Below, in pieces: positions 1 through 43,085 of a stretch of 64,000 nt of DNA. The stretch is from Chrysomallon squamiferum (Eukaryota; Animalia; Mollusca), in NCBI GenBank assembly GCA_012295275.1, contig CM022665.1, positions 46,810,001 through 46,874,000 of the forward strand, read 5' to 3'. A model generated the notes under the pieces. The model had not been told where the DNA came from and made no database searches. It was given only the letters and a program-made list of their open reading frames with translations. Positions within the stretch are counted from its first letter, which is position 1. Every line of letters starts with the position of its first letter. Position numbers and translations under genes: made by a program.

Positions 1-292
1 TACGATTGTACCATTTTTATTTGTTTAGTATTTTCAGCTTAGATTAACCATTGCATAAACCTATTTTTCCATTAACAATAAATATTAAACTCTTATACCC
101 TCTACTTTTTAAATATCCACTGATACAAACTAAATCCCCCAAAATACTGAACCTTTTAACAAACTATATGTACTAAATTATTATTCATTTAATTCGCACT
201 GGACTTCTCAAACTAGATGCATTCTCGCTAGATGACATTACTATTTCTTTAAAAAACATTTCTATGTAATTTCGTTTTTGATTTGTTTTCAG

Positions 293-1273
293 TGGATGAG
301 TTACGGCCAAGTTCCTTTGCTGTCAGTGACGTGTTTTCATGGAGTGCTCGGATGACGTGGAATCGGTCGCGATACGTCACTCAGGTGCCAGACGTCACGG
401 TAACGTACGCGGTAACTGCCGGCGGGAAAACGAACTCTACGTCTGAATCGTCGATTTTAGTTAACGGTCTGACTGCGGGATTGTCGTATTCTGCTGATCT
501 TGTCACAACAGTGAAACAAGATGGCAAGAACGAAACGATACTTTGTGACGAACATCCGTCTTTTACAACACCGAGTGAGTGTTTTTAGACACACACACAC
601 ACACACACACATACGTACACACACACTCACAAAAACACGAATACAAATAACGCCCACATATACACAGATACAAACAACACAGACATACACAAACAACACA
701 TTATACACATACACATATACTACACAAAAATGCTATAAAACATTATTATTATTATTACTTACTTACAGAAATAAGGTACAACATGACTTGCAGGACGGGA
801 GATATCTGTCTTAACGAGAACGCTTCTTGTATTGCCATGGTAACCAAACGATGTCTCTGCAATGATGGATATTTCTGGGCTACAGCATCCAGAGAATGTA
901 AACCAGGTAATCCATTACCGATAGCAACAACAACAACAATGAAAGCAAATATAAAATATTGTAATAATACTTATGATGAAGATATCTTCATGTAATTTAT
1001 TTTTTTTATCACAATAACATTTTAAGATAAATATTAAGAATAAAATTAATTTTATGCATTTAATGATGACGGATCCAGAAAACAGAAGAAACCAATCAAT
1101 TTAGTTTCAATACAGCAACAAACAATAGATACTTTGATAGTAAACTGAATTCAAATTTAACGTTAATGAGGCGTTTTAAAAGTTTTGCTTTTTCTGCGCT
1201 TTTAAATCTTATCCATTTTGATTTCATCTTTTCCTCTTTTGCAGTTTATGTAATCTATTAATTTTTGTTGTTG

Positions 1274-1346
<73 letters not shown>

Positions 1347-3397
1347 AATGAGGATTTTACATTTCTTTTCCCCACAAATCGCTCCATAGGAGAATATCCT
1401 AGCAGTCTATGTAATTATATAATTTATAATTATAATAATGTTTCTTTTATTAATTTATTTTATTTCAGTTACTTACGTGAAACCAGGAAACATCAGTATA
1501 ATCACAACGTCATCAACGTCACTGAGAATAACGTGGACGGTGCGTGAAGATTACAGACATGATGTCAGCAGGTTTGAAATTATTTGGTCGCCAGGTGACG
1601 CTGGATCGAGCAGTTTCCATAGCCACCAGACAGCAGATGTAACAGGATTAATACCTGGAAAACAGTACAGTGTTCAAGTGAGAGCTTTCACTGTCCAAGA
1701 AGGAAGAGAACAGTTTGTAGACTCAGCAAGTGTTTCACAGAGAACATGTAAGATTTAAATACAGAAACAAACAAAAAGCTAACGAAATGTATTAAATCCT
1801 CCCCGCTGAAAAACACCAAAAACAACAACCAGATAATTATTATTATTTAAAGAAACAACAACAAAATAAAAACAACGAAAAAAAAAACAACAAACAACAA
1901 ACAAATAACAAATAAACAACAAAAAATAAAATTAAAAAACGCACAACACATAATAGTACATGTAAAAATCATCAAAGAAATTCTTTTTTTTCTTTTCTTT
2001 TCTATTAAAAAAATAAAAAAAAAAAATATATATATATATATATAAAATAAAAATAAAAATAATCAAGATCCTACGTTTTGTTTCAGTTCCCGATATTCCT
2101 GGTCCTTACAGTGCAGACAAAAGTGACAGAATTGCACCGAACATCACTCTGTACTTTGAGAAATCGCAAGGAATCCTCGACTACTACAACGTCTCTTTAA
2201 CCGCACGGTTTGGTTCTTACCACAAACTGCTGATTATTCATCCGTCCGGCCAGTTCTGGGAAACAGCAAACTTCACCAACACAACAGTCGGAGAACATTA
2301 CATTCTAAGAATCATTGCGGCCAGTCACGGTGTTCCCAGTGATCCGTACGTTTACAAATACGTCATAGCGCTGAGGCCAGGTAATTAGCGAAAATTTTAT
2401 TTTTAATTTATTAATTACAATAAAAATTAATATTTATTTAACATTTCAGCACATATCGATAGTTAATATAATAATTTGTATTACCGCCAAATCGTCTGTA
2501 TCATGTGCAATCCCTTTTGATAGGAAGTAAAAATACCATGACAAGATAAATTAACATACACAATGCTATTTATTTATTTGTTTTGTGTGGATAAATAAAA
2601 TTATTAAAAAAAAAATCGAAATTTATTGATAGAACAACTTTTTGAAAATGATTATTACGGTTATGGTATAGCACATATTAACATAGTTTTTCTTCTTAAG
2701 GTTGTAGTGTACAGAACTTTAATACCGGTTTTGTTATTACGGTTGTAGTAACCTGTGTGAGATATTTTAAACCGTTTTCTGTGACTTACAGGAATGTACG
2801 ACAGACACAATTGGTACTCCACGGTAGCCTCACTCGTAGAAGGAATCATCTTCGTATTCGTCGTCGTTGTCGTTATCAGACTTGTCTTGTAAGTTGAAAT
2901 TTGGTAATTTCCTGCTGTTTCGCTTACTTCGGAGAGTAAACAATTATAAACTCGTAGAAATGTTTCATTCAACACGTCTCTGTCTCGCTATACGTCGTCA
3001 CGTGCTAGGTTAACGACAGTACAGACAATGAGAGAAGAAACACGTAACCACAACGCAACGTTTTACATTTCGGGAATGGGATTTGTTTAAACAGCCGCAG
3101 TGGGAACAATCGATCGCGGCCCATCACGGGTTACATCCCTTCACAAATATTTGATCTGTCTGTGTGTGCGAGTCTTGCTGTATAATCTGTCTGAATCATA
3201 GTATCCCGACATTTAAAAAGACCCAAGCAAAAACGCCCCCTCCCCCCGAAAAAAATAACAACAACAATAATAAAAACAACCCCTCCACAGCAAAAAACGA
3301 AACATCGATTAAATTCTGATTTAAAACTTGAAGATAAGCAAACAATATCGCGAAAACCTTTACAGGTTTATAAATGAAACCAAAACATGTAAACCAT

Positions 3398-3435
<38 letters not shown>

Positions 3436-3710
3436 CTTTGTATAATTATTTAATTTTCTGCTACAGGTACTGCAAGCGAAAAAAACAGAATTCTGATGAA
3501 CGTAACAGTAATTTGACTGTTGAGACAGTTGAGGGCTGTGTGACTCACACAGACACAGAGAATCCAGTGATGTACCCAGAACAAGATGAACGTCCCAGCG
3601 AAGATGAGACAGACTCGTATCAGACAGACGTGGAGGACGACGTGCTTAAATCTGAAATTGACAACAACGAGAATGAAAGCAGAGAACGTCATTTAGTTAC
3701 TTATATATGA
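293..3710 (+). CDS. Gene 1 (5'-truncated by the window): FN3/EGF-EB ectodomain receptor with TM helix and short acidic tail, no PTP domain
   Basis: GT-AG exons in continuous frame: 293-574 (FN3), 769-906 (6-Cys module), 1469-1747 (FN3), 2087-2380 (FN3), 2792-2888 (TM: VASLVEGIIFVFVVVVVIRLVL), 3467-3710 (YCKRKK...HLVTYI*). Exons 1469 and 2087 are clear homologs of gene 3 exons 61939 and 62549. Confidence 0.85.
2792..2888 (+). CDS. Gene 1 transmembrane exon
   Basis: ttacag|GAATG...GTCTT|gtaagt; hydrophobic stretch followed by the basic stop-transfer KRKK in the next exon; phases 1/2 match both neighbours. Confidence 0.85.
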
Positions 3711-3859
3711 GGTGACTCAACTGAAGAAATAATACATACATACAAACACACGGATACATACTTATGTACATATATACATACATTTACTAATACGCACATA
3801 TTATATATTAATGCAAATGCATAAACACACATACGTACATTTTGTATCTATCTATCTAT

Positions 3860-3912
<53 letters not shown>

Positions 3913-4105
3913 ATTTCTGTCAGTTACTCCAGAAACTGGAAATCTTCCTCATACATTTCCTGTACTTGAACGTAAGTGCTAGTTTTGAAAAACTGACGCT
4001 GTTTATTTTTATCAAGTCCTTTTAAAAGATGACATACAGCGCGTTTTCAAAATGATTAATTTATAAGGCCTGGTGCCGATTTTCGAAAGAGGCCTAGAAA
4101 ACAGG

Positions 4106-4560
4106 GATTTGAAAGAATGTTTTAGGCTCGGTAGTACCCTCAAACTGTAGTATCATTAATTAGCTAGAGCGATTTGAAAGAATGTTTTAGGATTGAAAGT
4201 ACCCTCAAACTGTAATATCATTAAGTGGCTAGAGCGATTTGAAAGAATGTTTTAGGATTGATAGTACCCTCAAACTGTAGTATCATTAATTGGCTAGAGC
4301 GATTTGAAAGAATGTTTTAGGATTGATAGTACCCTCAGACTGTAGTATCATTAATTAGCTAGATCGATTCGAAGTGAGAGATTTGAAAGAATGTTTTGGG
4401 ATTGGTAGTACCCTCAAACTGTAGTATCATTAATTAACTAGAGCGATTTGAAAGAATGTTTTGTTATCGGTAGTATCCTCAAACTGTAGTATCGTTAAGT
4501 AGCTAGAAGGATTTAACGGTAGGGAGTTGAAGGAATGTTTTAGGACAGATAGTACTCTCA
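4106..4560. repeat. Minisatellite, ~65-bp unit, ~7 copies, in the probable 3' UTR of gene 1
   Basis: Unit gatttgaaagaatgttttaggattgatagtaccctcaaactgtagtatcattaattagctagagc starts at 4106, 4171, 4236, 4301, 4380 and 4445, with a degenerate copy near 4510. Confidence 0.9.
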
Positions 4561-5028
4561 GAAGATTACGGTAGTAAAGTAACTGTGATAATAAACTTGA
4601 GCAATTTGGAAGGTGGCGAGAGAGGGTACAAAGTTGGAAATATGAGATATGAAAAATATAACCCCCGTCTCGGCAATGTATTTGTCATACTGAATGTTAA
4701 TTTATTGTTACCTACTTGTCTTTTGTGGTTAAAATACTTTATAAATGATGATCGGTTTGAATATAAATGAAGAACTTTGCCAAACTGTCTAAACGTGGTC
4801 AAATACTTTGTTGATGTCATGCGGTTTGGACACAAATAATGTATTAACTTTTGTTTGTATATCGTGAATATTGTTGATCAGTATTCGAGTACAGCTGAAA
4901 TATTTTGTAAATATAGCTTCTGAGTGTTATACTAAAACTAATGCCAGTATAATTTGATATTTCATGTCAACTTGTTTTATTACAAATCCTCATGTAAGTC
5001 TTTTAATTTTTGTAATTAAAACTTCGCA

Positions 5029-5060
5029 AATAAACACTTAATTGTTGTGTTGTATTTTCA
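5029..5060 (+). terminator. Candidate polyadenylation signal of gene 1
   Basis: AATAAA at 5029-5034 followed by a GT-rich tract (ttgttgtgttgtattttc). Confidence 0.4.
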
Positions 5061-5731
5061 CTGTTGCTGTCAGAGCGCGCGCACCTTTTTGTGTATTTAT
5101 TTGTATAAAGCAAGAAAGGAGGGCTACTTTGATAATAAATTAGAAATATCGACTGGAACTTAATAAAAATATCGTATTAAGATAATTATTTCTCTAAATA
5201 ATCTTAAATCACACACACACACACACACAAAGTGTATGCATAGTTTCACAATGTTAAAAATAATTGAAAAAAAAAATTCTAGATCATAATCGAGATAATC
5301 AAAGAAAACTGCAGAAACCCGAGACCGATTCAAAGACACACAGACACACAGACGTGGCATGTTTAGGAACGAAGGAAAAAGTGAACTGTTATATATCACA
5401 TCATATCATATCACGGCATCAAAAGTTAACTGAAGATGTTGAGAACAAAATAAATAAATAAATAAAATCAGCTCGTTATTTTGTCAAAAACTGAATCATT
5501 AAGTTATCGGATATTAAAGAAATAATGCACAATTAATTTATCTAATCGCTATACCAATAATAATGATGATGCTGAGAATGATGATGATGATGTCAATCAT
5601 AACCGTTATCATAATCATAATCATAAAATAAATAAATAAATAAATAAATATAACATTCCTGATTCGTTAACAAAAACTGAATGATTAATTCATTCATCTA
5701 AATAAAATGATAATAACACTTTAAAAAAATA

Positions 5732-5738
<7 letters not shown>

Positions 5739-5815
<77 letters not shown>
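5739..5815. repeat. (CA)n microsatellite
   Basis: Pure dinucleotide run. Confidence 0.95.
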
Positions 5816-5818
<3 letters not shown>

Positions 5819-6030
5819 TATCCATCTCTTGTTATTATATAGCCCACTGTAAATATATACATATTACATTTACGCCGGAAGTTAATATATGAAACTTGTT
5901 CACTGTCATTGTTAACGCTTACAACGTTTTAGAAAGTTCGAGTTTTATTTTACAAAGAGGAAGATAAAACACGAGCGCAAACTGGAAAGTGAAAAAAAGT
6001 TTCAAACTGGACAAGTCTGGAAGCAGGAGA

Positions 6031-6084
6031 ATGTTATCTGGATTAATATCAGTGATAGCTGTCACCTTGCTCTGTTGTATTCAG
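6031..6084 (+). CDS. Orphan signal-peptide exon (MLSGLISVIAVTLLCCIQ): candidate alternative first exon of gene 2, or a relic
   Basis: Ends ...TGTATTCAG|gtaaaa in phase 0, homologous to the first exons of gene 2 and gene 3 (...CCIQ|gtaaat). Confidence 0.6.
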
Positions 6085-6251
6085 GTAAAATGTTTTCATC
6101 TCTTTCATGTTTTTATTATTTATTGTAAAATCTCATTAATGATTTCTTTTATTTATTACAATCGTCTTGGTTTGTTTTGAAAGGTGATAGATAATGTGTG
6201 CCAGTAAGTTAATTAACTTAAAACGTTGGTAGATTTAAAATGTTTCGTTTT

Positions 6252-6290
<39 letters not shown>

Positions 6291-6586
6291 TGGCCTCCTC
6301 CACCTATCCACAAAAACCTTCCTTGTTTGATCTATACATCTCAGTATTTCAATATTAATCGGATTATCAGGTTACAGATCACAGATAAACACGTTTTCTT
6401 CTAAGTAATATACATCACTTATTTTTATACTAGAAGGTGACTGTTTGATGAATAAAATAAATATGTGAGAATCGATCAATACATTTTTTTTGTAGCCGTT
6501 CTTTGTGTTCAGAACATTGATATTGAAAATTTTATTTTTCCTAATGTTTGGAACTGTAATAACAAATAAACAAACAAAAATCATTA

Positions 6587-6618
<32 letters not shown>

Positions 6619-6861
6619 CATCAACGTAATCACAATTAAATTTCTTATTTATATCTCAAGAGCCCGAACACACACAAATAAAATATTGTTTTTATTCATC
6701 CCTCAGTCATTCTATTTTTTTTTTTTTCATTTGTTTCAGTCAGTATGTTAAATATTGTTTTTATTCTTGGAGTAACGTATATGTCTTATTTCAGATCTGT
6801 AAAACAGGAATTTTCTTATTTATATTCGATGTGTAATCTTCGCTGCTAATCACACACGCAC

Positions 6862-6931
<70 letters not shown>

Positions 6932-8665
6932 ACAAACGACACCCCAGCACCAAACTAAAATCGGCTGTTTGTGACACACAGAGGTTAGCTGCTAGTTGAG
7001 AATTGCTTGGCAGTGCCAAATTGAAATTTCTATATCAGAACAACTGAACAAACACACACTCTCGTCAGATATACAAAAGAAAAAGATGCAAAATCTAATG
7101 ACTGTATCATAATTATTCGATGAGAAGCACAGCTTCAAAACCGATGCTTCCTGAATATTGATTTTGTTGAAATAGACGATTTTTACCTTTTGTAAAGTTT
7201 TTATTTCTGTTACCAGAAGAAGACAGAAAACTGAAATAAAGAAACACAACATCCTGGTATAACGGGATATTTTCTCTTTAATACTGGTGCGGTTGGCATC
7301 TTGTAGTAGATACACTTGTTATCTAAAATAAATTGAGCAGTTTCAAGTTTAGTGCTTTTTTTATTTTATTTTTTTCAACAAAAGATGTTTTAAAGATGGA
7401 AGAGGGCTATATTTTGTGGGGAACAGTTCGAGTTGCTGGTTTTGTGGAGTGCGCAAAATTGTCTGACCCCGCCCTGGCTATGTAAGAGCGGTGCTGGAGT
7501 AGTTTAACTGTGAACTACTGTAGCTGTGGTTTATCTTATTGCATTTTAGGTTAATAGTATTTTGAAGACGTTTTCACATCCTGATTATAACTGATATATG
7601 ATTCTCAGATCATTCTTGATTGGATTCAAATCACCGTCCAACAAACTGCAAACTTCCGCTGATTTCCAAACATAACAATCACCAAGATACAGCGTTGTTA
7701 AAAAACAAGTGTAACAGTAATAATAATAATCATAATAATTACAGACTAATGTGTGTATATGTGTGTGTGTGTGTGTGTATGTGTGTGTGTGTGTGTGTTC
7801 CTCTCAGTCAGTTATTTCAATGAGTGATGTCCGAACATTAGATACAGAGGCAATGGAATAACAAAATGAAACTCATAAGTGAACTAAACAAAATAAATAA
7901 ATAAATAAAAAAAAAGGAAAAACAAAAAGAGAAAGAGAGAGGGAGAGAGACAACTTAACAAATGGAAGTCTTTCGCCAAACATATTACTAGCGAAAAATC
8001 ATGTAGCAAACGAATCCTAAGCCGCTTGATGATTCTCAGAAATTTGTGTAAAAAAGTATTTTACGTTGGAGGCATTAAAATGCTAAACGACTCACTAACA
8101 CTGTAATTTTTAACTTCTGACAAACACACGGCTATGTTCGTGATTTCATTTTTCTCATTCAGCTTCGACCAGTATTGAGAAACAGTCATTAACAGTTATT
8201 TCAAATACTAAACACGTTTGTTTTTTTCTACCCATAAATTTCTAAAAGCTCAATTTGAAGCATAAAATTAATAACTTATCGACAATGACAGACGTTGATT
8301 CATGTCTAGTCGAGAGGTGGGACATGAACATCATTTTTTGACGAGTTTTCCTGAAGTATTTGAGAGTGGAAACATTCTCTTCTCTTCACTTAAATGTTTA
8401 AAGTGCTGTAATCCGAGTGTTATCAGAATAAACTTCGGTTACACTTTAAACGCCTCGTTTTCTTCGTTTTTCACTGTGAAGTTCACTGTGCTCTTCAAAA
8501 GCGATGTTTCTCCTGTTTTCATTTTTAAGACAGCAGCGAGTCCCGAGAAGGGAGACAACTCATCTTTGAAGATGAGGGGTTCGGTAAACGTTTTTCATCA
8601 AATACCACGAAACCATCTTCTGTGTAACAAACAAACGAATAACACACACACATACACAAGCACAT

Positions 8666-8781
<116 letters not shown>

Positions 8782-9173
8782 CTAAACTTCGGAAGAAATT
8801 CAAGACAGAAATAAAATACGATGTCTTCTAAATATAAATGTTCGCCAAACCATGAAGGCACCACGGATACTTGGAAGGATCTGATAAAATGATGTTTAAT
8901 GGATATTTATTTGAGGAAGAAGAAAAATATTCTCTTGAAGCGGGATGAATGCAAATCAAAGTAGCCAGTTAGAGAAAACGACACTTTTAAATCGATGTAC
9001 ACAAACCTGAGTCTAATTAGACGATCAGAATTAAAGCGTATGCTCCTATCGATGGTGACAGCCAATCCGAAATTCAGAAACTTTGACAGCAGCATTTACG
9101 TTATGTGCACATGGGTTGATCCAAACTGTGAGAGAAGCGGACACTGATAATATACACACGGACATATATGCCA

Positions 9174-9214
<41 letters not shown>

Positions 9215-9755
9215 ATACTGGAGTGTTGTATGAGCAAATATTTGCAGAAGAAGAAGAAAAAATTGTCTTGAAACGGGAAGAAGTAGCCAGTAAGAGAAAA
9301 ATGACGCCGATAATGGTGCACTTACACTTATTAGCGAATCAGAAATACAGAAACATTGACATCAGCGTTTACATTACGTGCACATGGGTTGATCCAGCCA
9401 ATGAAAGAAACAGACATTTATAACATTTTTTTTTTATATATATTAATAATAATAATAATAAATAAAGAGGATTGTTGTATAATACATATTTTTTATCTCC
9501 AGGACGTTGTTAAGCCAGAAATAAAATCTGTGGTCTAATCTTAGTATCGAGCTCATTTATCTTGGCTTGACTTGTCTGTTGTAAGTGTTTATCTACGTGT
9601 CAAATGACAATACCAGTGTTTTGTTTTGAACAAAGTTGATTTAGAATTTTGTCATTTAATCTTAGAAAGCTTACAAAGTAGCCACAATAAACAATGGTAA
9701 ACAAATAATAATACAAATAAATAAATTAATTAATAAATACTAATACTGTTACTAT

Positions 9756-9805
<50 letters not shown>

Positions 9806-10254
9806 ATGCTAATAATAATAATAAGAAGAAGAAGAATGAAAAAAAAAAAATCACTTAAGTACAAGAACTTATATAAAGTATCATAATATTTTTTATTATT
9901 ACGTAATATTTTTATTTCAGTTATACTTCAATATTTTAAGAAAAAAAATGTTCTTATCATTTTAATTGGAAACTAATTTGTGCTGTTTAAATGGATACAG
10001 AAAACAGCAGAAACCAAACAACTTCGTGTTGTATATAAATAAACAAACAAACAAACAATGGCTACTTTGAAAATAGATTTAAAAAATCCGTTGGATCTTA
10101 ATTAATTTTGTTTTATTAACATTATTATTTCTTCAAATAATCTTGTAATATATCTATGTTTCAGTAATCCTTCATGTAACGTAATTATTTTTTTTTCAGT
10201 ACATTTTTAAAATTACTATTTATTTTTTATTATGTTTATTTATTTATTTGTTTG

Positions 10255-10323
<69 letters not shown>

Positions 10324-10953
10324 TTTTTTTTAAAGAAACTGTTGTCCTGATCTTTTAAGCATAAAAAACATAGTTTCAACAACTAAGCGTTAAGAGGTTG
10401 GATCCTATATTTTTCTTTCCAGTTTGTATCAGAAAACACGTTTGTCAAAACATTTATTATATATTGTCCAGTCTATGAGAAACTGCATATAAAACATTCT
10501 CCTTGCAAACAGAAAACGAGACGGCAGTAATATTAATTCTTGGTTATCACAGTCATGCAGTAAACACATGACTGATAATCTTTAATACTGAACGGTTTCG
10601 AGTAGGTTGCTAAACAATTAATCATGAAATCAGTTATCTACGATATATACAGACAAAGGTCTCTGATAAAAATTACTTCAAGGAAGATACTACAGATAAA
10701 GAATCGTGTATTGGGATATAGTACACAGATAAAAGAAAATAAAAGTCACTAAATACAATCACATGATGATATCGTTATAACACTAAGAAATGCTTGTTTG
10801 TAAGTGTAAGTAAGTGAACTAAACGTATTCGGAGGGTTGAAATAAGTATACATATTTTAGTTGATGTTAAATATTACTGTTTAATCAGGTTTATAATTTA
10901 AAAAGTCGTTATATGAACTATTTTTTAACGTCACTGAAGAACTTCTGGGTACT

Positions 10954-10986
10954 ATGAGGCAGTTTATCTCCACTAGGAAATTGTAA
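10954..10986 (+). promoter_or_regulatory. Candidate 10-codon uORF (MRQFISTRKL*) upstream of the gene 2 start
   Basis: ATG...TAA ending 22 nt before the main ATG; equivalent uORF MRQCISTKKL* at 49216-49248. Confidence 0.35.
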
Positions 10987-11008
10987 TATACTGTCAACGG
11001 AGGGCGCC

Positions 11009-43085
<32,077 letters not shown>

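Noticed and set aside
3060-3135. GC-rich intronic patch that might be a SINE or tRNA-derived fragment (similar patches near 7440-7530 and 44920-44970)
   Set aside because: No recognisable A/B boxes, cloverleaf, TIR or TSD; cannot be supported without a repeat library
4106-4560. Regularly spaced repeats resembling a CRISPR array
   Set aside because: Contiguous units without unique spacers, eukaryotic context, no cas genes
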